Shown here one piece after another: positions 38,580 through 47,483 of a DNA stretch of 64,000 nucleotides. Each line of letters starts with the position of its first letter. The first letter of the stretch is position 1. The DNA is from Candidatus Parvarchaeota archaeon (lineage in GTDB: Archaea > Nanobdellota > Nanobdellia > WJKC01). The stretch is taken from the NCBI GenBank assembly GCA_017608505.1, contig JAFCFT010000002.1, forward strand, positions 15,299 through 79,298, written 5' to 3'. The position numbers and the translations under genes are program-made. The notes below the pieces were generated by a model. It worked only from the letters and a program-made list of their open reading frames with translations, was not told the origin of the DNA and did not search any database.

Positions 38580-39952
38580 TTCAAATTTATATTATACACA
38601 AAGAGGTATGGATTAAAATATGCATCATAGCCTAATTCGAATACTAATTTTACAGACGTAACTGACATTGGAACATCTTTAAATAATACATAACCTTTCT
38701 TTGTAACACCAGGATAAATTTTAGAAAATATTGTATCTAATGTTCCACCGAAAGTACTTTCATACTGGTTTCTTTGGTTGTCTATAATTACCATGCCAGA
38801 TGGTGAAAAATAATCACTTTCACTCCCAATATTTTTAACTTCCATATCTACTCTAAAGTATTGTTTTTTATTACTCCATTTGTTATATAGATTAAAGAAA
38901 CCAGCTTTTGTTACAGTTACTTCAAAATTATCATTACTTATTTTTTTATTAACTATTATTGCATTTTTATTATATTCTTCCTCAGCCAATTGCTCATATG
39001 TGTATGTTTTTTTGTTTTTCAAATCGAAAATATAATCTCCAATAATTATTTTTGAGATATCTACATTTTTAGGAACGTTTTTAAAAGCCATATAACCAGT
39101 TTTTTTAGCTCCACTTTCAATCTCTCCTCCTTCAAACTTTGACCTATATGACCTTTCATATTGATTACTACTAGAATCAATCAATTTTGTATTATAAATA
39201 TAGAAAGAATTTGTTTGTTTTGCCTCAACTTCTAAATCGACTCTTAAAAGGTTTTCTGCAGATATAGAACTATAATCTGTAAAGAATCCATATTTAGTAA
39301 TTCTTATTTTAAAATTATCATCTTCTAATTCCAGTAATGTTTGTTTTGCATTTTTATTATATTCTTCCTCAGCCATTTGCGTAAGTTCTTCTTTTGTGTA
39401 AGTTGGTATCTGTACTACCGTATCTTCTATATGTAATTCTTTTCCATCTGAAGTTACAAAGGTAAGAACTGCCCTACCAAAAGAAGAAATGCCTTTTTGG
39501 ATCTCAGATATTGGTACCCTCCATTCATACGCTTTTCCAATATCTTGACCTGTAAACATAAATTGATAATCAACAAATTCCGATGCCTTTACATCAAATT
39601 CTTTATAATACAGGGAATTATTTAAATTATCAAATATTTCTACCTTCACATGTCCATCTCCAGGTGTGTTTTTCCCATATACATCTTCAAGTAAAAAATA
39701 AAATCTAATTATTTCTCCTTCTTTAACTGTTGCAAAGTAATTTATATTAACAGGCGAATATTTAGAAGCGGTTGTTTGGGATGTATGGGATATTTGTATG
39801 TTTTGTAGAATGTTGGTAGGCGAATATTTAGAAGCGGTTGTTTGGGATGTTTGTGTTTTTTCAGCTGGAATTCCAGTTTGACCTTGCTCTTGAACACAAC
39901 CACATATAAAAACAATTCCAACAATCAAAATTACAATTAATCTTGAATTCAT
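38576..39952 (-). CDS. Putative lipoprotein with two DUF4352-like Ig domains
   Basis: Hydrophobic signal ending ICGC; duplicated domain (RVD.EV, ID...NQYE, G..K.GY..F). Confidence 0.75.
   Translation of the reverse strand: MNSRLIVILIVGIVFICGCVQEQGQTGIPAEKTQTSQTTASKYSPTNILQNIQISHTSQTTASKYSPVNINYFATVKEGEIIRFYFLLEDVYGKNTPGDGHVKVEIFDNLNNSLYYKEFDVKASEFVDYQFMFTGQDIGKAYEWRVPISEIQKGISSFGRAVLTFVTSDGKELHIEDTVVQIPTYTKEELTQMAEEEYNKNAKQTLLELEDDNFKIRITKYGFFTDYSSISAENLLRVDLEVEAKQTNSFYIYNTKLIDSSSNQYERSYRSKFEGGEIESGAKKTGYMAFKNVPKNVDISKIIIGDYIFDLKNKKTYTYEQLAEEEYNKNAIIVNKKISNDNFEVTVTKAGFFNLYNKWSNKKQYFRVDMEVKNIGSESDYFSPSGMVIIDNQRNQYESTFGGTLDTIFSKIYPGVTKKGYVLFKDVPMSVTSVKLVFELGYDAYFNPYLFVYNINLK
39752..39850. repeat. 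33-bp intragenic direct repeat (TSQTTASKYSP x2)
   Basis: Identical copies at 39752-39784 and 39818-39850. Confidence 0.9.
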
Positions 39953-40081
39953 GAATATTTGTTTTTCTATTTTGTTTACCATTTCATAAATTTTATAAAA
40001 TCTTTTTCTTTTAAAGCTTTTTATAATAACAACCCCAAAGGCGGATTGCAACTAACAATTCAAGATATACGACATTGGTCA

Positions 40082-40369
40082 CTACGCCTTACCCGCTTTC
40101 CTGAAGGAAAACACTTCGCAGCAGCTCCTGAGAGTGCATAGTCTTTTCACTTCCTCATTGTCCTCGTTCAAGTGGTAGTACACTCTTCCCTTGTTCGACT
40201 TGCTCCTTGAGGTCTTCTTGAGAACCCCCTTGTGCTCCAAGAGCCACAGCCTGTGGTTGGCGTAGGCGTAGCCCACCCCCAAAGCCTGGCTTACTTCAAG
40301 CGTGCTTAACGGCCTGCCCTTGATCTTGAACAACTCAACGATCCGCATCTCAGCAGGGCTTAAAATCAT
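40082..40369 (-). CDS. Winged-HTH transcription regulator
   Basis: LSPAE.RIVE, LSTLEVSQALG, LEHKGVL, GRVYY; TATA upstream of ATG 40369. Confidence 0.75.
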   Translation of the reverse strand: MILSPAEMRIVELFKIKGRPLSTLEVSQALGVGYAYANHRLWLLEHKGVLKKTSRSKSNKGRVYYHLNEDNEEVKRLCTLRSCCEVFSFRKAGKA

Positions 40370-40604
40370 GCCATTAGTATGCCTGCAAGTTATATTTAAA
40401 GATGAAGCTATAAGAAGAATAAGACGATTAATAATTGCTAATATATTAATTGTTAAAAAAGAATTGTAACATAAGACTCTTCTCTTCTCAAGACTAGACA
40501 AATCTAATACAAGTCGCTCATTTAGTGGACATAAGAAGTATTTAAGGCGCAAGCAAAATCACAAAAAATTGATGCATTAAGAACAGTTAGAAGTTTTAAT
40601 CTTC

Positions 40605-41168
40605 TTATTCGTCTTGGCACTCTTTCACGCTCTTCCACACATGGCTTATGCTCATGCCAGAGACTCTTGCCAGGTCCCTAATGCTCACTCCTTGGTCACT
40701 ACACGCTAGATAAATGCACACGAGCGCCTTGGTCTTGTTCGTCTTGTTCACTAATTTTTTCTCAACTTCTTTTATCTTCTTTATTGCTTTTGACGCCTCG
40801 CTCTCCGCAAGCCCTAATTCGTAGCACAGCCTCGTGATGTAGAAGCTGGTGTCAACTTGTTTTCTGGGAAGGTCCACGTTCTGCTTGATAAAAGACTTGC
40901 ACCTAAGCAGGCGCTTCTTCTCAACGCCAGAAGCCTTAATGACTTCCTTTAATAGCAAAGGGTAGTTCAGGAGTTCGCTTACGACCAGCAGGCAGGCGTT
41001 CACAAGCTCTTTCCTGCTCCTGCCTTGTGTTAATTGTTTAAGCATCAACTGCTTGTACAACTTGATAGTGTTCTGGAATAGTCTTTCAGGCAGTCCTAAC
41101 TCATTGCACGTGCTGCGCAATTCCTCATAGGCAGGCATCAAGGACTTAATGAATTGCGAATACTCCAC
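40605..41168 (-). CDS. TFB (TFIIB) cyclin-core-only paralog 2
   Basis: LGLP..LY...QGRS..LVNACL; YITRLC.ELGL; IYLAC...SIRDLARVSG HTH; no Zn ribbon. Confidence 0.82.
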   Translation of the reverse strand: MEYSQFIKSLMPAYEELRSTCNELGLPERLFQNTIKLYKQLMLKQLTQGRSRKELVNACLLVVSELLNYPLLLKEVIKASGVEKKRLLRCKSFIKQNVDLPRKQVDTSFYITRLCYELGLAESEASKAIKKIKEVEKKLVNKTNKTKALVCIYLACSDQGVSIRDLARVSGMSISHVWKSVKECQDE

Positions 41169-41221
41169 AAATAATAACGAGAAATACTAATATATAAAGG
41201 TAACACAAATATTTAGTGTTT

Positions 41222-42361
41222 TCAATCCATCACAGCCTTTATCCTCTTCGCTATCTTTGGCGCTATAAATTTTAGTGCTTTCTTGCCGTACTTTAGTGCT
41301 TTTTGTGCTTTCACGTTTCCTGGCTTTATTGTTTCTGGTTCTGTCCTGCTCTCAATTAAATATTTATGACCTTCTATCTTAACTTTGCCATAAAGCGACA
41401 GTATCAATTTTGTAGGCTCTGCTGGTGACTTTAATTCAAGGTTTATGGTTGCCTTCTCGCCTGGCCACACTACATAATCTTTTAGTAATTCTTCTTCGTT
41501 ATTAATTGTGGCGTTAACATATTCAATTGTGCTTTTCAATTCTTTTATCTTGAACTCGTTATTAATTGCTTGTATTATTATCTCTGCATCGAATGTCTTG
41601 CCTTTATTAACTATGTAGGCGTCACCCTTCACAAGCCCCCTATTCAAGTACGACTCCAATAGCACTTCATCATTGTATGTCTTTAGTATTATTGCCTTTG
41701 TGGCGTCGTCTATCTTTTTTGTCCTCTTATCAATTTTCTTTAGCTTCTTCTCTAAGCTACTGACGCCATCTCCTACAGCCTCTTTTATAACTTCATTTAT
41801 GTTTGTAATGCTTATGCCTGTATCCGCTTTTGAAGCCTTAACACTTCTTAATTTCTCGTCCACTGGAAGTATGCTTTCCTCTGCCAAGCGCTTTATATCA
41901 TACATGGCGTGCTCCAAGTAAGGCTTTCCTATCTTGCTAGCTCCGTAAACGTTTAACAAATTAGGCTCAGCCACTGCTTTTAATGCAAACCTTTCTTCGT
42001 TACCGTTTTCATCCTGAATAATAGAGAAGTACCTACGCTCATTATTAGGGATAGAATCAACCTCTAAGTATATTAAGTCCAAACCATATTCAGCCTTAAT
42101 ACCAGAATGAAACAACTCCAACGCTTTTTCTGGAGCCAATTCGTAAAACACAACATCAAAAGACTTAACGCAATAATTAGCAAGCATAAACTCAAGAGAC
42201 TCATTAAGGACAAAATCAACAGCTTTATTAATATTTTTATATTCTTCATATTTTTTTCTTAATAGATCAGCATCTTCTTTTTTTAATAATCCTGAGGGTT
42301 TTTTATGTACAAATTTATATTTTGCTATTCCATCATCATAAATATTATGAATTTCAACCAT
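41222..42361 (-). CDS. Hypothetical multidomain protein
   Basis: 379-aa ORF; central coiled coil and C-terminal beta-rich region. Confidence 0.65.
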   Translation of the reverse strand: MVEIHNIYDDGIAKYKFVHKKPSGLLKKEDADLLRKKYEEYKNINKAVDFVLNESLEFMLANYCVKSFDVVFYELAPEKALELFHSGIKAEYGLDLIYLEVDSIPNNERRYFSIIQDENGNEERFALKAVAEPNLLNVYGASKIGKPYLEHAMYDIKRLAEESILPVDEKLRSVKASKADTGISITNINEVIKEAVGDGVSSLEKKLKKIDKRTKKIDDATKAIILKTYNDEVLLESYLNRGLVKGDAYIVNKGKTFDAEIIIQAINNEFKIKELKSTIEYVNATINNEEELLKDYVVWPGEKATINLELKSPAEPTKLILSLYGKVKIEGHKYLIESRTEPETIKPGNVKAQKALKYGKKALKFIAPKIAKRIKAVMD

Positions 42362-42417
42362 ATAACATCAACCTCAAAAATAAGTCAGTTTCTTAAATTT
42401 ATAAAAGTTACGATAAC

Positions 42418-42801
42418 TTATTTTTCATAATTTTTATCTGCAAACGTCAAAATGTCCTCTGTTTCACTTGTCTGAATCTTTTCTTTTTCTTTCTTTCCTT
42501 TTTTTAGCTTCTTTTTTAACCAGTCCTCAGGTGTTATTACTATTTTATTATCTTTTATTTCAAAATTTAGGCCGTGCAGTTCTATTATATCTTCATTATC
42601 GTTTAAAAACGTTTTAAAATCTTCGCCTCCCTATGCTCTAAAATCTAATTTAATTTCATTATTTGCTTCTAACCTTTTATACATCACTTGTATGAATGTA
42701 TATACACTTATTTCCTTATCATTCACTTTTAACTTCTTCTTTTGTTTGCCATTATAAGCTTCAACTAACACTTCTGCTGCCTGCTCAGCACTCATCGCCA
42801 T
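42418..42801 (-). pseudogene. 128-codon ORF interrupted by a single in-frame TAG
   Basis: MAMSAEQAA...DFRA*GGEDFK...NYEK*; TAG at 42631-42633, frame stays open on both sides. Confidence 0.6.
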
Positions 42802-42826
42802 TAGTATAAATAAAACATTTCTTAAC

Positions 42827-42997
42827 TTAATAAATCCTTTGCCTGCACTTAAGAAGTGACTCAGGAATCGTCTTCCCCAAGTACTTGATTATCACCTGCC
42901 TCGGCTCGCCGTTAATCCTGACTGATTTGGCTAAGTAATAATACTTTTGGACTCTACCACACTTTAACTTTACCAGCTTGACTTTGATGAACACCAC
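42827..42997 (-). CDS. 56-aa basic beta-sheet DNA-binding-like microprotein (not in the ORF track)
   Basis: MVFIKVKLVKLKCGRVQKYYYLAKSVRINGEPRQVIIKYLGKTIPESLLKCRQRIY; promoter motif at 43015-43029. Confidence 0.65.
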   Translation of the reverse strand: MVFIKVKLVKLKCGRVQKYYYLAKSVRINGEPRQVIIKYLGKTIPESLLKCRQRIY

Positions 42998-43067
42998 GCC
43001 TTATTGGTCACTACAAGAAGTATAAAAAGATAGAATTTATATCATAGTTCAAATTATTTTTCTATTA

Positions 43068-44288
43068 ATGGTTTTGTATTCGCATTCAAGGCTTAGCGCT
43101 TTCGAGAACTGCCCTTTAAAGTACAAGTTTCGGTACATTGACAAATTGAGGACTGATGTTTCCCAAAGTATAGAAGCGTTCATGGGCGACATGGTTCATC
43201 AAACGCTTGAGAAAGTGTACACTGACGCCAAGTTCCAAAAATTCATGACTGCAAAAGAGGCAAAAGAATATCTAAAGCAGTTATGGAAGAAAAACTGGAA
43301 TGACAGTATAGTCATTGTGCGCAAAGAGTACGGCCCAAGTAATTATTTGAAAATGGCTTTAAAATTTATTGAGGACTACTTCAAGAAGTACGACGTAGCA
43401 AACGACGGCATCACAATAGGATTAGAAGAAAGAGTTGTAATAAACCTTGACAAGCAGGGAAGATTCAAGCTCCAAGGATACATTGACCGCCTGGCCTGCC
43501 ACAACGACACAGAATACCACATTATTGACTACAAGACTAACAGTCACTTAAAAATCCAAGACCAATTAGACAACGATAGACAACTAGCTTTATATCAACT
43601 GGCAGTGCAACACAATTACAGAGATGCCAAGAAGATATTGCTGAAGTGGCGCTTTTTGGCATTCAACAAGGAGCTGACAAGCATAAGGACGCGCGAGGAA
43701 TTAAAAGCCTTAAAGAAAGACACAATACAGTTGATAAAACAGATAGAGAAAACAAAGGAGTTCAAGCCAAAGGTGAGCAGGCTATGCGACTGGTGTGAGT
43801 ACAGGCAAATCTGTCCTGAATGGGCGCACATGTATGAATTGGAAACTAAAAGCGCTAATGAGTACTTGAAAGATGACGGCGTGACGCTGGTAAACAAATA
43901 TATAGAATTAAGCGAGCAGAAAAGAAAGCTTGTAAGCGAGATAGATGAAAAGCTAGACAAGCTTAAAGAAGCGCTTGTTAAGTTTGCAAAGAAAAGGGGC
44001 GTGAACGTGGTGTTCGGTTCAAATAACAAGATAAGAGTAAGCATCACAGACCATTACAAGTTCCCAGGCAAAGGCACAAAAGAAAGAGAAAAACTAATAG
44101 AAGTGTTGAAGAAATTAAGAAAATGGGAAGAAATAGCAGATATAGACACTTACGGGCTTAACAGGATAATGAAAGAAAAACTGTGGAGCCCGCAGGAATT
44201 AAGGTTGATAAGGAGATTCGCGACAAAAGAGGAAACACACAGACTTTATCCAAGCAGGATAAATAAGGAAGAAGATACGCAGAAGTAG
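43068..44288 (+). CDS. RecB/Cas4-like PD-(D/E)XK nuclease with Fe-S Cys motif
   Basis: SHSRL...CP, GYIDRL, IIDYKT, QLALY, CDWCEY..ICP. Confidence 0.9.
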   Translation: MVLYSHSRLSAFENCPLKYKFRYIDKLRTDVSQSIEAFMGDMVHQTLEKVYTDAKFQKFMTAKEAKEYLKQLWKKNWNDSIVIVRKEYGPSNYLKMALKFIEDYFKKYDVANDGITIGLEERVVINLDKQGRFKLQGYIDRLACHNDTEYHIIDYKTNSHLKIQDQLDNDRQLALYQLAVQHNYRDAKKILLKWRFLAFNKELTSIRTREELKALKKDTIQLIKQIEKTKEFKPKVSRLCDWCEYRQICPEWAHMYELETKSANEYLKDDGVTLVNKYIELSEQKRKLVSEIDEKLDKLKEALVKFAKKRGVNVVFGSNNKIRVSITDHYKFPGKGTKEREKLIEVLKKLRKWEEIADIDTYGLNRIMKEKLWSPQELRLIRRFATKEETHRLYPSRINKEEDTQK

Positions 44289-44362
44289 CCTATAATCACT
44301 CTTTTATTAACTACAATATTTGTAGGCGCCCTAAAGCGTCAAGTAAGTCATGCCATCCTTTA

Positions 44363-45184
44363 CTAATCTTTATAGTGTTTTCTTATTTCTTCAAATTTAG
44401 CTAAAAGCGCATCCGCAAGCTCTTGTTTTTTAATTAAATATTTTGCCCATTTTCCTTTATAACTATCATTTATTCCGGATATAATTCTGTACATATTTCT
44501 ACTTTCATGCTTGACAATCGAGCCTTTTTTTGCAACTATCTTAGAAGGCACAAGAATGAGATAATCGTGAAGTTCTAATGTCTTAGGGTTAAAGAAAGCC
44601 CCGACAACATAATAATTATTGTGCGGGGTAAATGTTTTTTTATTAACCTGCATTATTAATAACTTTCCATGAAATAATTTAAAATTTCCTTTAACTTGCA
44701 AGAATATTGGATGAAACTCGCCGTTCTTAACGACAATTAAATCAATTCCTTCGATATCGCTAACAGGCTTGTACACATTCAGAAGCCCTTGCCCATGAAG
44801 CAGCAATAATTCCTTTATTCTATCTTCAACAATGTTCCCTTTAGCTAAAGAGCTTAATCCAGAAAGATCAAGCAGTTTTTCAGCAGCTTTTAATTCTTGT
44901 TCTTCAGTAATTATTTCTCTTTGCCTGAACTCGATTTTATACTTTCCATTGACTTTATAAAATATTATCTCATCTTTAGGTTTCATATTATGTTTCCTGT
45001 AAAATTTAGTAAGCCCATATATTCTGCGACGAACTGGATTATATAACAATTCTTCTTCTTTTCCATCGATAACAATCTTAATTCTTTGTTTCTCGCTAGG
45101 CATTAACTCTAAACCTCTGACAGGGATATTTAGAAAACCTAATCTTATCTCAACTTCTATAAGCTTCCTCACAAATTTATCCAT
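44363..45184 (-). CDS. PD-(D/E)XK nuclease with N-terminal beta-barrel (B3/EcoRII-N-like) domain
   Basis: KG.I.E, D.EGIDLIV, FLQVKG; N-terminal IYGLTKFY..H.MKPKDEI. Confidence 0.65.
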   Translation of the reverse strand: MDKFVRKLIEVEIRLGFLNIPVRGLELMPSEKQRIKIVIDGKEEELLYNPVRRRIYGLTKFYRKHNMKPKDEIIFYKVNGKYKIEFRQREIITEEQELKAAEKLLDLSGLSSLAKGNIVEDRIKELLLLHGQGLLNVYKPVSDIEGIDLIVVKNGEFHPIFLQVKGNFKLFHGKLLIMQVNKKTFTPHNNYYVVGAFFNPKTLELHDYLILVPSKIVAKKGSIVKHESRNMYRIISGINDSYKGKWAKYLIKKQELADALLAKFEEIRKHYKD

Positions 45185-45243
45185 AGAGTAAGATAATGTG
45201 TTATAGGCTATAAACATTGCTTTTTAGAAATTAATTGAATTCT

Positions 45244-45303
45244 GAAGGGTTTATAAAGACCTTCGCGCGAAAGGTGACGCTCAGGTCTCATTATAAACCC
45301 TTC
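45244..45303 (+). promoter_or_regulatory. Inverted repeat containing BRE/TATA
   Basis: GAAGGGTTTATAA (45244-45256) / TTATAAACCCTTC (45291-45303) plus inner AGACCT/AGGTCT. Confidence 0.65.
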
Positions 45304-45425
45304 CCCCTTACGGGGACGAATTGCTGTGTATACTTCGGCTCATCTGGCTGCGCCTTTTTGGGACTGCCCCATTAAAATATGGTCAAGGGCAGTCCCGCCC
45401 GAATAAAGTAAAAAATTTTTAGGAG

Positions 45426-45686
45426 GTGGTGTCAGACATGGCTGACAACCACTTATTAAGCATTTTATCTAAGAAAGTTGAACTATTTAAGGCTTTGCGA
45501 AGCCGAATCTGGAACGAAATGGAGGAGTACATCAAGAAAGTCCTGGAGAACGATGGAGAACTAGGCAACGACAATTACTATGAAAGCATAAGCAGTTTAT
45601 TAACACTGGAGTGGAAAGTGAACAAACAGATAGCGCAACTGAAGAGGATAGCAGAGAGGTACGCAGTGCAGGGGGCGAGGGCATGA
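45426..45686 (+). CDS. Small helical hypothetical protein
   Basis: Strong SD AGGAGGTGG upstream of ATG 45438; stop overlaps the next start. Confidence 0.65.
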   Translation: MVSDMADNHLLSILSKKVELFKALRSRIWNEMEEYIKKVLENDGELGNDNYYESISSLLTLEWKVNKQIAQLKRIAERYAVQGARA

Positions 45687-45967
45687 AAGCCCTCATCAAA
45701 GACGGCAAAGTAAATGGTAAGAAGATAATACGCGCCTGGGAGTCATTCTCAGGTATCTACTGGCTGGCAGTAGAGGAAGCATACAAGCAGGACAGCGTCA
45801 TCGACGGCAGAGTATACAAAGACGACAGGATATACTTCGGCCTCGTGACAGGACCAATTCCTGAGTGGGGTTACTTTTCAGAAAAGGAATTAGAGCTGAA
45901 CAAACCGCTAGTGTGGGAGATTCCAAAAAGAGCAGTGCGGTGGCTGAGCAAGGAAGTTACAGCGTAG
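45683..45967 (+). CDS. DUF2958-like protein
   Basis: FGLVTG...EWGYFS..EL motif; ATGA coupling to the previous gene. Confidence 0.6.
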   Translation: MKALIKDGKVNGKKIIRAWESFSGIYWLAVEEAYKQDSVIDGRVYKDDRIYFGLVTGPIPEWGYFSEKELELNKPLVWEIPKRAVRWLSKEVTA

Positions 45968-46025
45968 TGACCAAAAATCATTTTATTTTTTTGTCATACT
46001 AATTCTAAGGCTTTGGTATTGGTAA

Positions 46026-46090
46026 AGCACACCCCCGCTCGCTTCGCTCGCTGCCCCCTCAAGGGGGCTTTGTGCTCGCTAGCGCTCGCC
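46026..46090. repeat. GC-rich palindromic (REP-like) element
   Basis: AGCACA...TGTGCT enclosing GCCCCCT-CA-AGGGGGC; repeated GCTCGC units. Confidence 0.55.
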
Positions 46091-46093
46091 ACT

Positions 46094-46330
46094 TTATGAA
46101 ATGTTTGAAATGACAAGTTCAATAATTCCTACTATAATGAGTAAAGGACCAACAAAGTCAAAAGAGTTTTTTATATTACTTAGTGGTTCTTTGCCTGACT
46201 CTGGAACTATTTTTTCTAATTGACTAAAGAATAAACCAGTGACCATATTGTCAACAGCATCTTGTATGAAAAGGGTTGTGATGCCTATGACTATAGTTAT
46301 TATGCCTGCTGTAGTTAAGACTAGTCGCAT
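46094..46330 (-). CDS. Small two-TM membrane protein
   Basis: Hydrophobic N- and C-terminal segments. Confidence 0.6.
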   Translation of the reverse strand: MRLVLTTAGIITIVIGITTLFIQDAVDNMVTGLFFSQLEKIVPESGKEPLSNIKNSFDFVGPLLIIVGIIELVISNIS

Positions 46331-46353
46331 AATATTATCATAAAATTTATTGT

Positions 46354-47433
46354 TTATTTCTTTTTCCTTTTCCTCCTGAAGAGGAAAAACATCATGTATG
46401 CTACTGTACTTAGCAGATATCCTATGCTATACATTTTTTGCCCGTAGAAGACATACCTCAGCGTTATCAGCAAGTAGCCGAGGCTGACTAAGTCGTACGT
46501 GCTGACAAGATTTATTTTCTTTAACTGCCTGCTCTTCAGCTCACTCTTGTACTCAGCCTTGTCTTTTAAGTCTCCCATCTTATGCGCGATTAACAAGTCC
46601 TCGCATGCATTCTTCAACTCTTCAGGGTTGCCGATTTTAGCCAGCTCATTCTCGTATTCAACCAGTCCAGAATTCTTAATGAGCTTGTGTATTAACTCGC
46701 TGGCTTCCTCATTAGTGAATCCCCTAAGCCTTACTTCAGCAGAAAAATTAATGCCTTGACTGCTTGTCCCTGCGCCAAGAATTGTAAGCCCGCTACGTTG
46801 CAGCAACTTGATTATCTTCTTGGTCTGCTTGGTGGCTTCTTCAACTTCGTCAATAATGACTATCAAGTCCTCGCTGGCCTTCCTTACTATGTCGTCAAGC
46901 AGCTCGAACATCCGCTTCCTCCTGCCCCTTGTAGTGACCAATGGAATACTCAAGTGCTGCGCCAGCTTCTCAGTGATGTTGCTTGCAGGCCTGGCGTTAA
47001 CAAGCACGGAGTTTTTTAGGTAGTCTTGTTGCAAGTGCTTTAATAGTGTTGTCTTGCCCATGCCAGACTCGCCAAGTATGAGAGTGCTTCTCTTTCTCTC
47101 CAAGTTATAGAGTACTTCCTCCACTATGTCCTTGCGCTGGATGTAGACCTCATCTTTATCAAGTATGAACTCTGTCTTAATCTCAGGCTTCAAGTCATTA
47201 AACTTTCCTAATAAGAAGCAGGCAATTAGTCTGCCCTTGTTGCTTAACGAGTAATAATCCCTATTCTTGACGACCAATCCATGCCTTGTGAACTGCTTGA
47301 TTATCCTGGCAGTCGTTTTGTAATTAACGCTTTTAATCTTCTTCATCTTTGCAGGCCTGTCATAAAGAGCTTCAAGGACAAGCAAGTGATTCTTGCTGTT
47401 ACAAGCTTTAAGCATTAAACTCTTCCAATCCAA
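46354..47433 (-). CDS. wHTH + AAA+ ATPase with C-terminal TM anchor
   Basis: N-terminal wHTH (YSLSNKG), GESGMGKT, IIDEVE, two C-terminal TMs and basic tail. Confidence 0.8.
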   Translation of the reverse strand: MDWKSLMLKACNSKNHLLVLEALYDRPAKMKKIKSVNYKTTARIIKQFTRHGLVVKNRDYYSLSNKGRLIACFLLGKFNDLKPEIKTEFILDKDEVYIQRKDIVEEVLYNLERKRSTLILGESGMGKTTLLKHLQQDYLKNSVLVNARPASNITEKLAQHLSIPLVTTRGRRKRMFELLDDIVRKASEDLIVIIDEVEEATKQTKKIIKLLQRSGLTILGAGTSSQGINFSAEVRLRGFTNEEASELIHKLIKNSGLVEYENELAKIGNPEELKNACEDLLIAHKMGDLKDKAEYKSELKSRQLKKINLVSTYDLVSLGYLLITLRYVFYGQKMYSIGYLLSTVAYMMFFLFRRKRKKK

Positions 47434-47483
47434 TTGAAATCACTTCTTATTTTTTTATAAATTACATCTAAATCAGGTCAGTC

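Noticed and set aside
39752-39850. 33-bp repeat with 33-bp spacer resembling a mini-CRISPR
   Set aside because: Only two copies, in frame within a coding sequence, no leader or cas genes.
40043-40078. Possible integron attC half-site (minus strand TGTCGTATATCTTGAATTGTTAG) upstream of the lipoprotein gene
   Set aside because: No matching inverse core or second site found, and the integrase shows no evident IntI features.
40370-40552. N-terminal extensions of ORFs 40082-40552, 37479-38093, 38576-40051, 44363-45217 and 45611-45967
   Set aside because: They run through promoter-like or neighbouring sequence; downstream ATGs fit TATA spacing, gene coupling or domain starts better.
42631-42633. 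Genome-wide TAG recoding or pyrrolysine
   Set aside because: TAG terminates conserved genes in this window and no pyl genes are seen.
43068-44288. Cas4 as part of a CRISPR-Cas system
   Set aside because: No array, cas1 or cas2 in the window; solo RecB-like nucleases are common.
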